From: Escherichia phage FL18
Reading direction: 5' to 3' (one strand)
DNA: 64,000 nucleotides
Sequence record: PP400780
The notes under the pieces are model-generated. The model was not told the DNA's origin. It searched no databases and was given only the letters and a program-made list of their open reading frames with translations. Shown here piece after piece: positions 1 through 10,890 of this stretch. Each line of letters starts with the position of its first letter. Position 1 is the stretch's first letter. The translations under genes and the position numbers were made by a program.

Positions 1-232
1 AAACTCGTCCAGAAGTAGTATTAATTGCATAAGATTTACCCCAAGCAGCCTTAAGATTAAGACCATCAGCCGCGTCATAAGTTTTCCATGCGCCAGCGGC
101 ATAAGGAACTTCACCATCACCTAATTCATAATAGATTTCGTCAAAGTTCTCATTTATTTTTTCACCACCTCGACGAAGGTAATCGCCTTGTCCGTCATCA
201 ACGACGTTACCAATTTTAATATTTTGTTTCAT
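1..232 (-). CDS. 10: baseplate wedge/tail pin protein gp10, N-terminal part (continues beyond window)
   Basis: Minus-strand ATG at 230-232 overlapping gp9 stop; ORF open to window edge; synteny downstream of gene 9; N-terminus resembles gp9 N-terminus. Confidence 0.55.
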   Translation of the reverse strand, partial: MKQNIKIGNVVDDGQGDYLRRGGEKINENFDEIYYELGDGEVPYAAGAWKTYDAADGLNLKAAWGKSYAINTTSGRV

Positions 233-1104
233 TATTGAGCGACCCCAATTTTCTGAGTTGAGATAATTTTAACTGCCGAACGTAATCCAATAATATCGGA
301 TGTAATCGTCATAGTAGCAAAGTTGTTAATAATACTAAAGCTAATATTAGCAATCTCGTCGGTTTCATCTACATTACCAACTCGCATTACTGCAAATTCG
401 GTAGAAAGAACTTCTGAGTTAATTGTATCTATTAGAATATTTATTTCGCATGTTTTTATTTTTCTACCGTCCGCGGATTGGCATGTAACAAGCAATTTAG
501 CCATGTTATAATCTGTGCGATAAAACAGAGGAATAGAAACTGTGTTTCCTGTAAGACTCCAAGTCCCATCGACAGGAGATTCTTTCTGCCCAAACATGTT
601 ATCAGTAGAATAATTCCATACTGAAGTTGTCCCATTAAGTTCAACACAACGAAGAACAACATGTGTATAAGGGGTGGAAATAACAAGATTATTAAGAACA
701 CCTTTAATCGAACCATCGGTTACTTGGATACTTAAAGGATTGTTAACAGAAATAGACCCATTAGAGTTTATGAATTCTACAGAGTCACCTAATTCAGGAC
801 GGTCAATAATAACAATCACACCGCCATCAGAAGCATCAATATCATGCATAGTGCCTGGTTTAATAGGAGTTTGATAATCAACCGCCTTTCCTTTTTGATA
901 ATAACCTGTGGCATGAATAGTTTGACCTGTAGGTCCGGTTCCATCTGCTACAGCCATTTTACGTTGATCGCCAAATGCATTGTAAATAGCGTTGATATCG
1001 TCATTTATTTTATTACCACCGTCGAATAAGATATCACCTGTTGAGGCATTACCAATTTCGCCGGTATCGATTAATTGTTTAGGAGTTTGCTTAAAAAATG
1101 CCAT
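232..1104 (-). CDS. 9: baseplate wedge tail fiber connector gp9
   Basis: 290 aa ORF (T4 gp9 288 aa); position between gene 8 and gene 10. Confidence 0.7.
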   Translation of the reverse strand: MAFFKQTPKQLIDTGEIGNASTGDILFDGGNKINDDINAIYNAFGDQRKMAVADGTGPTGQTIHATGYYQKGKAVDYQTPIKPGTMHDIDASDGGVIVIIDRPELGDSVEFINSNGSISVNNPLSIQVTDGSIKGVLNNLVISTPYTHVVLRCVELNGTTSVWNYSTDNMFGQKESPVDGTWSLTGNTVSIPLFYRTDYNMAKLLVTCQSADGRKIKTCEINILIDTINSEVLSTEFAVMRVGNVDETDEIANISFSIINNFATMTITSDIIGLRSAVKIISTQKIGVAQ

Positions 1105-1139
1105 AATTCTGCCTTTTGTTGTCTGATATTATTATATTC

Positions 1140-1147
1140 TATTTATA
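1140..1147 (-). promoter_or_regulatory. T4-type late promoter TATAAATA upstream of gene 9
   Basis: tatttata on plus strand = TATAAATA on minus strand, intergenic 8-9. Confidence 0.4.
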
Positions 1148-1158
1148 GATACAAAAAT

Positions 1159-1176
1159 GGGAGCCCGAAGGCTCCC
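1159..1176 (-). terminator. stable hairpin (UUCG tetraloop on minus-strand transcript) after gene 8
   Basis: palindrome gggagcc-cgaa-ggctccc. Confidence 0.4.
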
Positions 1177-1179
1177 TAA

Positions 1180-2184
1180 TTAAAACATAAACAAAATGTT
1201 AATTTCTTCTGTTTGGTCCATTGCCATAATAACAGGTGGTCGGTTTTCCATATAAATCATTTCACCAGAATGACGTTGCAGATCTCTAGGGTCGTAATAA
1301 TCCTTTTCTGCTTTAACATTAGGGTCATTTGGATTTTTCTTAGCTTCTAACGGGTTTGCGATAATTGATATCTGTCTAAAACCCTTGTTACCAGGCAAAG
1401 CTGCCTCAGGGAAATAAACAGAATCAAAATATGCTTTAAACCGCATCGTATTAGCTTTAACACGGTAAATCAAACCGTAGTCATCTTGTTTCCAAGTTAA
1501 GTTATTTTCATATCCCCAACGGGTGGGGTCTTCTTTAATTTCTTCCGGCCATGGAACTACAAGATATTCATTAGTGCAACGGTTAATTGACACATCGGCA
1601 GGAATCTCATAAAGATATTCCCAAATATATCCATCACCGGTTTCGATAACCCCATTAGCATCGCCTCTGCCTTCAGGAGGAGACATAGAACGAACAGACG
1701 GAGTCCATTTACCACCCAATTTAAGACATTCATCTTTATTATCTAAAGATTCTATTGAACAGAGCCCTACGTCAGGGACATCTAAACAACGGTAAATTAA
1801 CCAACCAGCTCCAACTTCTGTCGCGTTGTACGGAGCAGTATTACATGCGACTATATCGTTAATTCTAAACGTGTAAGGGTCTGGATATCGCACATCTCCC
1901 CAATCACGTCTAGGAATAACAGAATCTAACATTGAAGGTAAAACTTTAACGGTACCCATCATATGGGTCCACATATCAGTAACACCAAGAATAGAATCTG
2001 TAGGATAAGGTGGGGCGAAGCCCACCTCATTTTCATTTGACGCCCAAGGCTCTGAACGTCCAAACGTAATATAAATGGAGTTCTTATCATCTCCATCCCC
2101 AACTGAATTGTAAAAATTCAGCATTTTCTCTGTTCTAAATTTTGATGTAACTATTGCACGATAGATAACACTTGAATCATTCAT
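1180..2184 (-). CDS. 8: baseplate wedge subunit gp8
   Basis: 334 aa ORF, same length as T4 gp8; synteny. Confidence 0.75.
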   Translation of the reverse strand: MNDSSVIYRAIVTSKFRTEKMLNFYNSVGDGDDKNSIYITFGRSEPWASNENEVGFAPPYPTDSILGVTDMWTHMMGTVKVLPSMLDSVIPRRDWGDVRYPDPYTFRINDIVACNTAPYNATEVGAGWLIYRCLDVPDVGLCSIESLDNKDECLKLGGKWTPSVRSMSPPEGRGDANGVIETGDGYIWEYLYEIPADVSINRCTNEYLVVPWPEEIKEDPTRWGYENNLTWKQDDYGLIYRVKANTMRFKAYFDSVYFPEAALPGNKGFRQISIIANPLEAKKNPNDPNVKAEKDYYDPRDLQRHSGEMIYMENRPPVIMAMDQTEEINILFMF

Positions 2185-5100
2185 CTAATTTAACCTGTGG
2201 TGGATTCACGGGGTCTCTTGGATTTCCTACATTATCGATTAACCGTTGTTCAACCAAATCTCTAAATCTAGAGAATGTTGTTCCGGACGCATCAAATAAT
2301 GGGCTCATCAGTTTACGTCGTTCCGATGGAAGTTGACCTTGAAATATGGAGTTATTGTTTTCAGCGTTATAATCTTCAGGCAATGGATAATCTTGATCAG
2401 CCATAGGGCCTATTTCATATATCGCTTTACCTGTAATAGGGTCAAACTCAACATTTCCTTGTGGGTCTAATTTAGCCACTCGGTCGGCATATTTAGTCGG
2501 TAATCCAGAATCCCACTTATAGTTTTTGTATTTATTAATAATGGTTTCAACATGTTTAAGTGTTAATCCGGTGTTAATAAACATTGTGAGAAGGGTAATT
2601 GCGATAAATCCAAATCCAACCGGATGAACAAAACGTAATACGTCTGATTTCCAACGAGATGATGGAAGTTTAGATTTAATCTTCATTACGTAGTATGCTC
2701 TACCACGATTTATGTAATCGATGTTGTTCTGAGAAAGCTCTTTACCTTTAATACCACGAACAATTTCACCTTCAAACCCAGGGAGTCTTTCAGCTTTAAC
2801 TTCCTGTCCTTGGATTAAACGTCCTAAGAGGTTGTGAATTGTTACAGTCCATTGTAATTTACCTTTAGAGTAACTTCTCTCGATATACGTCACATTACAA
2901 CGTCCTGTAGCGGTGTATATGGTTTGTCCGACCAAATCTTCTGTCAACGAATCAGATTCAATGATGATATCATATTCGGTCCCGGAACTAGATTCAATTT
3001 CAATTTCAACATCTTCATTATAAAGCACTTTAAACAAGAATTTATATGATGCTTCAGTTCCTTTAGTTGAATAGAAGTCATAACTTCTTGATTCAAAGAA
3101 ACGAGACACTAAATCGCGTTTTTCGGCGTTTAAGTAAATGTTTCGTTTATAAATCTCAGACCATAAATATTCCCACGCATGTTCTTCTCGCGGATATTGA
3201 TTTTTAATAAGATTCAAAAGGTTATTATAATGGGTCCCATAACCGTCAGAAAGATACTGAATATAAGCCTCGCAGAATGCTTCGAAGTTTGTATTATCTA
3301 AAAGATAAGACTCCGGCATCATTGTAGTGAGCAATGGTCGTAAATCTGGGTCTGCAATACCGTTCTCTTCTACAGGAGTCCATGTGGTATCTTTTTCTTG
3401 GTTTTGTAACGATGCTGTTAAGAATATATTAGTAGGCTTCCAAATTATAGAAACATTATCTCTAACACGATAACTAAAATCATAATAAGAAATAATCTCA
3501 CCTGATGATTTATAGAAAATCATGCCGGATGCATATTTTTTAAATCCGGTGAAATCTACGTTAGGCATCACTATTGTACAGTCACCGTCCTTCCAATATT
3601 CATGAACTTCACGGTCTGAAGAACTAAGTGGATGATTCTCAATAACCTTAGTGTAAAGTAAATCAGAATAAATTACAACGGCCTTGTCTGAGTTATTAAT
3701 CCAACATCGAGTACCAGACTTTCTAGAATAACTAAAGAATGGCTCAGCATAGTATTCCATCGGTTGAGGAGTGAACGATTCCCATTGAGAGTCTTCAGTT
3801 GAAATAAATGCCATCATATGATAATGTTTATCAGCCAACCATTCGCGAGGATACTCATATTTAACAGCCCCGATTAAACCGTACTTGACTTGTGTTTTTT
3901 GGTCATCAACAATATCTGATTCTAAAAATTTAAAATTACTAGATGAAATAGATAACTCAACACCATCAGTAGACATACTGGTGTACCCAGGTTCAATACG
4001 ACGGCGTTCTTCTTCAGTATTACCAAACACACGTTTAAATGTGCCGGCATCATGGTCTAGAACGTAAACACCCTTATCAGCAGAATCAACAATAGGAGTG
4101 GTCCTCGGGTCGTCATTAAGATTAACAACTTCACCGATAATCAGTGCAAATATTTTACCACCGACAGAATCCATTTTATAGCAAACTGCCTTAGGGTTAC
4201 CTGTGATGTTAAATGTTTCTTGTTCAAACAAACGTTCGGAATATGTCGGAGATAACGGGTCTGAATCAATAGGGGCATTACTAGTTTTAATAAAACGAAC
4301 TTTATCTCGAGCAGCAACGTATACATAATCGTCATTGCAAACGATAGCTTCTGCAATACGTGATACGTTAGCAGGTAATGATGCGTAGTTACCAAATATT
4401 TCTACATCAAATCCTAAATTTAATTGGTCACCAATTTTAGCAAATGTTATATCTTGAGAACTAAATCTCACATCATCAGCAGACCATCGAACGTCTGTTG
4501 ATTTACGACCGTAAAATAATTTATCGTACCCAAGAACATACGTGGTGTAATCTGTCTGGTAATACACTGTTCTTGATACAGGATACCCTACACGGTCATT
4601 AAACAATTTAACCGATTTCCAGGTTTGTCCCTTATCATTAGAGACTTTAACCACAGGCTGATACCGTTCAAACAAATAAAGAATTCCTTCGGATTCCATC
4701 AAATAAACACGGTTTATATCATGACACACTTGTTGAATCGAACCTTGAATTTCATGATACTCATTTTCGCCAATAATGAAATTTTTAATAGATGAAATAT
4801 CCGCATAAGCAGGGCTAAATTGGAACGATTCATTCATTAGAGCTGCCATTATAGTGTCGTTATTAAAATCGACATAAGCCATGTTGTTATTTGTAAATTT
4901 TTCTCTAATAAAAGTGTTAGCCAATTGCATTTCAATCATATGTTGAAATGTATACGCGTTAGTCTGAAATGATTCAAATATTTCGGTATATACCCAATCG
5001 GATCTCTCGAAGCCTTCGGCGGCAGTTGATACACGAATAATATAAGAAGTTAACGGGTCTAAGCTACTTTCGAACCAGTTGCTATTAGGAGTATATCCTA

Positions 5101-5275
5101 AATTTATCCATCTGTAGCTGGCAGTGGGAATAATTCCCCCATCTGCCGTTTTAGTCTCAGCGATTTCTACGAAATAGTAGAAATTAGCACCAACGTCATC
5201 CCAGCGTATTTGAACTTGGTTAGCGGACAACTTGGATATTCTGAGACTTGTGACTGCTGGCGCTTTTACTGTCAT
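2177..5275 (-). CDS. 7: baseplate wedge initiator gp7
   Basis: 1032 aa ORF, same length as T4 gp7; synteny. Confidence 0.8.
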   Translation of the reverse strand: MTVKAPAVTSLRISKLSANQVQIRWDDVGANFYYFVEIAETKTADGGIIPTASYRWINLGYTPNSNWFESSLDPLTSYIIRVSTAAEGFERSDWVYTEIFESFQTNAYTFQHMIEMQLANTFIREKFTNNNMAYVDFNNDTIMAALMNESFQFSPAYADISSIKNFIIGENEYHEIQGSIQQVCHDINRVYLMESEGILYLFERYQPVVKVSNDKGQTWKSVKLFNDRVGYPVSRTVYYQTDYTTYVLGYDKLFYGRKSTDVRWSADDVRFSSQDITFAKIGDQLNLGFDVEIFGNYASLPANVSRIAEAIVCNDDYVYVAARDKVRFIKTSNAPIDSDPLSPTYSERLFEQETFNITGNPKAVCYKMDSVGGKIFALIIGEVVNLNDDPRTTPIVDSADKGVYVLDHDAGTFKRVFGNTEEERRRIEPGYTSMSTDGVELSISSSNFKFLESDIVDDQKTQVKYGLIGAVKYEYPREWLADKHYHMMAFISTEDSQWESFTPQPMEYYAEPFFSYSRKSGTRCWINNSDKAVVIYSDLLYTKVIENHPLSSSDREVHEYWKDGDCTIVMPNVDFTGFKKYASGMIFYKSSGEIISYYDFSYRVRDNVSIIWKPTNIFLTASLQNQEKDTTWTPVEENGIADPDLRPLLTTMMPESYLLDNTNFEAFCEAYIQYLSDGYGTHYNNLLNLIKNQYPREEHAWEYLWSEIYKRNIYLNAEKRDLVSRFFESRSYDFYSTKGTEASYKFLFKVLYNEDVEIEIESSSGTEYDIIIESDSLTEDLVGQTIYTATGRCNVTYIERSYSKGKLQWTVTIHNLLGRLIQGQEVKAERLPGFEGEIVRGIKGKELSQNNIDYINRGRAYYVMKIKSKLPSSRWKSDVLRFVHPVGFGFIAITLLTMFINTGLTLKHVETIINKYKNYKWDSGLPTKYADRVAKLDPQGNVEFDPITGKAIYEIGPMADQDYPLPEDYNAENNNSIFQGQLPSERRKLMSPLFDASGTTFSRFRDLVEQRLIDNVGNPRDPVNPPQVKLDE

Positions 5276-7245
5276 TGTGAAATAGGCTCCAAATCTATAG
5301 TTAAGTACTGAGGACGTAAGTCATTTTCGAATACGATTAAAGAACCATCCTTTGTAAAAATAATATCATCTGCAGGGTCAGAATAAAGTTCAATTGTTTG
5401 AACTTCAAAACGGTCTGAAGTGAGGTCAATTTTAGCAATGTTCCAATAAATCGAATCGGCAGGATAATTCACTTCACCAATTGAATAGTATTTGTTTCGT
5501 CCGTCAGTAACAGTAAGTTTATTAAAATCATTACCTGTATAAGGTTGTATATTTTCGTTTTCAACAACATCACCGTCCGCAAATGGACCAATAATAACTT
5601 GACCTATACCACGGTCATTACGGTCAGAAGATACTATGCGAACACCGTATTTAATAGTTTCGTTTGCATTTTCTGGATTAGGTCTGTGCGAATCAAACGA
5701 GAATATATTAGATTCCATCGATCTATCTTTAATCTGATTATTGTATTTAATACCGGCCTCAGGCGTTTTATAGAAGTTTTGTACTTCGCGAACCATTTGA
5801 ATAGTAGCTGAAGAACCAATAATAGAAATATCTGCATCATCGACATAAGTTAGCATTTTAGATTTTGCAAACGATGAGTTAAAAATTTCTACATCTTCAA
5901 TATAATAACGGTCAATTTTATTAATAATTTGCCCTTCAAGATATTGTTCTGATTCTTGGAGTTTATTCAACGCGTATGTAACTTTGATATTCATTTTGAT
6001 AAACAAATAATCAGGCGAAATAACAACAGGTGTAATAGTCCCTAAGTTATAATCATTCAAATAGTTTTTGATATCATCGCGTTGGACAGAAGTCAAGTAC
6101 AATCCAGATTTAGGCTTAGCAGCAATATATGCGTACCCTGGTTTAGATGAATCTGTGAATGTTTGAACCGCTTGAATAATAGAACCAAACCGCTCAGAGA
6201 CGAATGTGTCATAGTCGGAAGCGGTTACACAACGTTGTTGAGTTTCGCGTTTAATTGTGCCTAATTCGCGGATACGTTCAATATCTTCAGGGTCACCACC
6301 GCCGTCGGCCCCAACAAAGTCTGGGTTATTGCTAGGGTTCTCGTTAATATCGATTACCGTGATATTAACTAATGTATCAGCATAAGAAAATCCTACAGCA
6401 CCGTTAGCATCTGCGCCATTAGTAGAAATATACTCAATTACGATTTTAGAACCCTGAACAGGTTTAAGGCCACCAATATAGTTAGATGTTAACGCACCTT
6501 CTGATGTGTTAATAGAGATTTCGCCTTCACCAAAATAAAATTCAGTGTTCCCATCAACTGTTTCACGCATATAATAGATTGTTGACGTAGAACCAGCGTG
6601 AACCATCGACTTACGAGTCCAGTTAATCCATTCTGCTCCGTCAACATACAACTTAACCAAATTACGGTCAATATTCTTATCACGAATAATGATAGGTTTT
6701 AATCTATCAAATGTTAATTCAGTGCGAACAATACGTCCTTGAGCTAATCGAAGACGTGGAAAATATTGGTTATTTTTGTCTTTAACTACAATGACATCTT
6801 CAGTAGAAACAAAGTTATACGGGTTAACAGAAGTATCTTTAGCGTATGCTAAGAAACGAGTGCCACGTGGAATGGTGATATAGTTTCTATTTAATGCATC
6901 CGTACATGTGAGCATAATTTCTGTTTGTGCTGCTGATTTAGATGAAGGCAGATATCCGTTATCTTGAGCCGCTTGTACAACAGAACTACGCAAGTTTGCA
7001 GTACGCATAAAACTTTCATACACTGCACTATTACTGAACTGTTGGATGTAAAGAGTGTTATATGCTAAAAGGTCGCACAATACGTTTAAACGCGAACCTT
7101 CAAAATCATAATCAAGAAATTCGTTCTGTCCATTGAGCCATTCAATAATGTTTTGTTTGATTTCGGCAAATGTACCCCCGATAAAAATCTCGGGAATAGC
7201 ATTCGCTGTTCGGGCTAATTGATAATTTACAGGAGTGTTTGCCAT
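5272..7245 (-). CDS. 6: baseplate wedge subunit gp6
   Basis: ORF track gives 676 aa; start moved to internal MANTPVNYQ (about 657 aa; T4 gp6 660 aa). Confidence 0.8.
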   Translation of the reverse strand: MANTPVNYQLARTANAIPEIFIGGTFAEIKQNIIEWLNGQNEFLDYDFEGSRLNVLCDLLAYNTLYIQQFSNSAVYESFMRTANLRSSVVQAAQDNGYLPSSKSAAQTEIMLTCTDALNRNYITIPRGTRFLAYAKDTSVNPYNFVSTEDVIVVKDKNNQYFPRLRLAQGRIVRTELTFDRLKPIIIRDKNIDRNLVKLYVDGAEWINWTRKSMVHAGSTSTIYYMRETVDGNTEFYFGEGEISINTSEGALTSNYIGGLKPVQGSKIVIEYISTNGADANGAVGFSYADTLVNITVIDINENPSNNPDFVGADGGGDPEDIERIRELGTIKRETQQRCVTASDYDTFVSERFGSIIQAVQTFTDSSKPGYAYIAAKPKSGLYLTSVQRDDIKNYLNDYNLGTITPVVISPDYLFIKMNIKVTYALNKLQESEQYLEGQIINKIDRYYIEDVEIFNSSFAKSKMLTYVDDADISIIGSSATIQMVREVQNFYKTPEAGIKYNNQIKDRSMESNIFSFDSHRPNPENANETIKYGVRIVSSDRNDRGIGQVIIGPFADGDVVENENIQPYTGNDFNKLTVTDGRNKYYSIGEVNYPADSIYWNIAKIDLTSDRFEVQTIELYSDPADDIIFTKDGSLIVFENDLRPQYLTIDLEPISQ

Positions 7246-7253
7246 TTTAATTC

Positions 7254-7553
7254 CTATTTTATAAAGACTTTTGACGAGGCCTGAGAAACAGTATCCCCGC
7301 ATGAAATTGGGTCAGCCATTTGAACGGCCTTTTTACCGGTGACGTATACTTTAGATGTACGAGGTTCAGTAACACCTCCATGAGTCTCGTATGGTTTTTT
7401 AATTTCTGTATGAGGTGTTATTTGGTCTCCTGCCACAAGAACAGGAATACCGCCGGTGAACACTTTAGATTGGGAAGCATTTATTACAGTAGGAGGCCAT
7501 GCTTCATGACCTGTTGTAACGCACTTGTCGTAACTTAAGCCAGACATTTTCAC
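7254..7553 (-). CDS. 5.4: PAAR-repeat baseplate spike tip protein (gp5.4-like)
   Basis: 99 aa ORF between gene 5.1 and gene 6 (T4 gp5.4 97 aa). Confidence 0.55.
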   Translation of the reverse strand: MKMSGLSYDKCVTTGHEAWPPTVINASQSKVFTGGIPVLVAGDQITPHTEIKKPYETHGGVTEPRTSKVYVTGKKAVQMADPISCGDTVSQASSKVFIK

Positions 7554-8065
7554 GGCCTCTCATAAACATAGTTTCGTAATTGATGAGCCCATTTGCTCCA
7601 ATTTCCTACTATAGTTTTTGTATAAACCTTAGTAAGAGTTTTTTGTACTGGAGCCGGTGGAGGTTCTGTACCAGAGTCACTTCTAGAACCGCCTGATGAA
7701 CTTTCTTCTTGGTGGTTATAAATCATTTCAACCGTATAACTAAACACTTTACGAAGATTCTGAGGAGCTCTCCACAAATATAACTGTGTGGATTCATCTT
7801 TTGGTAAATCATCCCATGAAGATGCGGTTTCAAAATCATCATTTAATCGGTACTTCAATGCATCTGAAGAAAAGCTAAACACACTTTCATATGTTCCATA
7901 TAAACGATTACCATCTACCGTAATGCCTTGTGTCGGTTCATAATCTGTTATATTTATTGACACTAAAGTTTCGGTTGTTTCTAACTGTGGAGTAAAAAGG
8001 ACGTCAATAGACGCCCCTTCCATGTCTTCTCCTAAGTCGGTATTTAAAGGAAGTATTTGTGCCAT
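7550..8065 (-). CDS. hypothetical protein, gene 5.1 position
   Basis: 171 aa ORF directly downstream of gene 5. Confidence 0.45.
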   Translation of the reverse strand: MAQILPLNTDLGEDMEGASIDVLFTPQLETTETLVSINITDYEPTQGITVDGNRLYGTYESVFSFSSDALKYRLNDDFETASSWDDLPKDESTQLYLWRAPQNLRKVFSYTVEMIYNHQEESSSGGSRSDSGTEPPPAPVQKTLTKVYTKTIVGNWSKWAHQLRNYVYERP

Positions 8066-8068
8066 ATA

Positions 8069-9802
8069 TTACCCAATATCAATACGAGATCCGTCAACAG
8101 TGTATTGTCCTGAAGCTACTGAGCTCATTGTAGACATTGTTTCTGCCCAATCCCCGGCAACAGTCATATCAACATTACCATTAACAGTCCATTTAACGTT
8201 TCCGTTGACGGTGTAATCATGATTCCCTTCGACCTGAGTTTTAGCATCACCTTTAACAAGAATATCTGCATTTCCGTCAACAACTATTTTGATATTACCC
8301 TTAACGTAAAGAGTTCCATCGCCTTCAACAGTTTTAGATTGGTTACCACGAATAAAGATTGTGTCATTGCCGTCTATTTGATGGAGACGGTCTGCCATGT
8401 TATAATATATTTCATTAGCACCAACGTTAACAAGCTTATCGCCAGAAATCAAAAAGTTCCCATCGCCATTAGTGATGTCAAAAAGGTCTTCTACAGTTTT
8501 ACGAGTACGACGCCCGGATGGAGAAACTTCCTCATATGACCCTGTTGGATGAACTAAGCGATAACGTTCATTACCTGGAGTATCGTCAAATTCTTGGATA
8601 TGACCACTTTCTGTTTCCATAGCATGAACATATGGGTACTCACCACGATAACTTGATTCCGGTTCTTTAAAAAGGATGCGTGAATCTAATGGAACAGGAG
8701 GACCAGCCGGGTCTTCTGAATCGGTATTTCTAGTAACTAAATCGGCACCAACTCCTGGTGAAGGCGGTGTTTTAACAGGAACACCGTATGATTCCATGTT
8801 ACCGGTTAAAATAATTGTTGTTACGCGTGAAGCGCGTCCTTTAGTCTGTTGGAACCATAATGAATCGCGTCCAGATTTGTATGCAGTTTTCCAATCGCCT
8901 GTGGCCATTGCTTTAAGCATAGTATTGAATTTTGCTACACCGCCAACGCCCATCTGGAAGCACATGTTTTCTAATGCCATTTGGCGAGATCTGTTCATTT
9001 TAGCATAAACAGGACCCACTTTAGAATTAGAACGAATGTCTTTCTGCATCTTAGCAAGGTCTTTCTCAAATAATGCTGTTGCTTCTTCTAATGTAATAGT
9101 TCCCGGATTTCCTGTTACTTCACGCCCTACTTGATCAGATAACAATTTATTAATTCGAGACATATCTCTGGTCTTTTCCATTACGATAAGGTGTCCAATA
9201 CCTACTGTAGGATATCCGAGATGGTCCCAATACACTTTATCACGAAGACCTTCGTCACGACGTAACATTTCTGTTATTGTAAAATTAGGGTCATCATCTT
9301 CTGGAATATTTGCTAAATCTGTATCGTCTGGGTTTATACCATAATCCAAGTTGTTATCTTGAATTACGTTAGAGTTCGAATAATAACCAGCTTCACCACC
9401 TTGGTTTAATACGTTCGTATCATTACCTAAACGTCGCGGATACTGGCCTGTCGGGTCTGAAAAACCTTCAAGTCTATTAGGCTTTTCACGTACTATTCCG
9501 CCGTATGTACCAAGTACAATCCCGTTTGTTTTCCATTTGTCTAAGAAATGACCATATACTCGAGTTCCTTCAACAGGACCTGTAACAGAACCACCAATAC
9601 CTGACATTGATGCAGACGTAATAGGTTGAATAACAGTCATCCATGGAAGTTTTTCTGTAGGAATACCTTGTACGTCACCTTGTGCTCTCTGCGCCGGATG
9701 AAGACCAACGACTCGAACTCGAACTCGCCCTTGTTTTAATGGGTCCATTCTGTCCTCGACAACACCCACGAACCAATTAAGGCTACTGCTAATCATTTCC
9801 AT
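8069..9802 (-). CDS. 5: baseplate hub/central spike with tail lysozyme domain gp5
   Basis: 577 aa (T4 575); internal T4-lysozyme-like domain (GIGHL...TGNPG...MCFQMGVGGVAKF); C-terminal VxGN beta-helix repeats. Confidence 0.85.
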   Translation of the reverse strand: MEMISSSLNWFVGVVEDRMDPLKQGRVRVRVVGLHPAQRAQGDVQGIPTEKLPWMTVIQPITSASMSGIGGSVTGPVEGTRVYGHFLDKWKTNGIVLGTYGGIVREKPNRLEGFSDPTGQYPRRLGNDTNVLNQGGEAGYYSNSNVIQDNNLDYGINPDDTDLANIPEDDDPNFTITEMLRRDEGLRDKVYWDHLGYPTVGIGHLIVMEKTRDMSRINKLLSDQVGREVTGNPGTITLEEATALFEKDLAKMQKDIRSNSKVGPVYAKMNRSRQMALENMCFQMGVGGVAKFNTMLKAMATGDWKTAYKSGRDSLWFQQTKGRASRVTTIILTGNMESYGVPVKTPPSPGVGADLVTRNTDSEDPAGPPVPLDSRILFKEPESSYRGEYPYVHAMETESGHIQEFDDTPGNERYRLVHPTGSYEEVSPSGRRTRKTVEDLFDITNGDGNFLISGDKLVNVGANEIYYNMADRLHQIDGNDTIFIRGNQSKTVEGDGTLYVKGNIKIVVDGNADILVKGDAKTQVEGNHDYTVNGNVKWTVNGNVDMTVAGDWAETMSTMSSVASGQYTVDGSRIDIG

Positions 9803-10377
9803 TATGCAATCTCCATCTCACGAATCAAATCAGTAATAAACGAGTTTATATCTTCTTTTGCAACAATTTTTATTTTACGAAGTTTTTCGTTATCTAATAC
9901 AGCCGCTTCATAAATATCTACTGCAGCTAAAGGTCCTTTATATTGCGGATACTTACGAGCTTCATCACCTTTATCGTACCACACTAAAGGCTCGTCTGGA
10001 TATGAAACTAAATTGTAAAATTTCTCACGGTTCTCGTTAATATGATAAAGAATTTGGTCGCCGCCAGCATTAGCATATTTCTGAATAGAAGCTTGATACG
10101 CTGCTTCCTGAGATGTAATCCAACCATAATACGGATCATAGTTGTCATTACACATCAAAAGGACCCAGTATAATTGAGGGTTGCCATAAATGATATTCGC
10201 TAGTTCTTCAGGACGCGGAGAGCCTTTAATATAATAAGAACGTAATCTATAATTGGCAGCAACACGCTTAAAGTACTCTTTATAGTTACGAAATATGTCT
10301 GTCATAGGAATAGTAGGTGCATTCTTATCAACTGTTTTAGCACTATATCCTATTGGGTCGAAGAATGTAAATAACAA
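9802..10377 (-). CDS. 53: baseplate wedge subunit gp53
   Basis: 191 aa ORF upstream of gene 5; synteny. Confidence 0.6.
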   Translation of the reverse strand: MLFTFFDPIGYSAKTVDKNAPTIPMTDIFRNYKEYFKRVAANYRLRSYYIKGSPRPEELANIIYGNPQLYWVLLMCNDNYDPYYGWITSQEAAYQASIQKYANAGGDQILYHINENREKFYNLVSYPDEPLVWYDKGDEARKYPQYKGPLAAVDIYEAAVLDNEKLRKIKIVAKEDINSFITDLIREMEIA

Positions 10378-10404
10378 GATAGTCTCCTTCCAATATGAAA
10401 TTGG

Positions 10405-10412
10405 TATAAATA
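10405..10412 (+). promoter_or_regulatory. late promoter TATAAATA for gene 4
   Basis: exact TATAAATA 27 nt upstream of AAGGAGG-ATG of gene 4. Confidence 0.5.
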
Positions 10413-10419
10413 ATAATAC

Positions 10420-10427
10420 TATTTATA
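10420..10427 (-). promoter_or_regulatory. late promoter TATAAATA for gene 53 (divergent)
   Basis: tatttata on plus strand, upstream of minus-strand gp53 start. Confidence 0.45.
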
Positions 10428-10438
10428 AGGAGGACAAC

Positions 10439-10888
10439 ATGGCCTACTCTGGTAAATGGGTCCCAAAAAATTTAAAAAAATACCGTGGAGACCATACCAA
10501 AATAACGTATCGTTCAAACTGGGAAAAATTCTTTTTCGAATGGTTGGATAAAAATCCAGAAATTATTGCATGGGGTAGTGAAACAGCAGTAATTCCATAT
10601 TTCTGTAACGCAGAAGGTAAGAAACGTCGATACTATATGGACATATGGATGAAAGATGCATCAGGTCAAGAGTTCTTTGTAGAAATAAAACCAAAGAAAG
10701 AAACTCAGCCACCTATTAAACCGGTGAATCTTACAACTGCGGCTAAGAAACGTTATATGAATGAAATCTACACGTGGTCTGTGAACTGTGACAAATGGAA
10801 AGCTGCCTCAGCTGTTGCTGAAAAGAGAAATATAAAATTTCGAGTTCTAACCGAAGACGGACTTAGAAAACTCGGATACAAGGGGTAA
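10439..10888 (+). CDS. 4: head completion protein gp4
   Basis: ATG at 10439 after AAGGAGG; 149 aa (T4 150); ORF track start 10295 is an upstream extension. Confidence 0.6.
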   Translation: MAYSGKWVPKNLKKYRGDHTKITYRSNWEKFFFEWLDKNPEIIAWGSETAVIPYFCNAEGKKRRYYMDIWMKDASGQEFFVEIKPKKETQPPIKPVNLTTAAKKRYMNEIYTWSVNCDKWKAASAVAEKRNIKFRVLTEDGLRKLGYKG

Positions 10889-10890
10889 TT

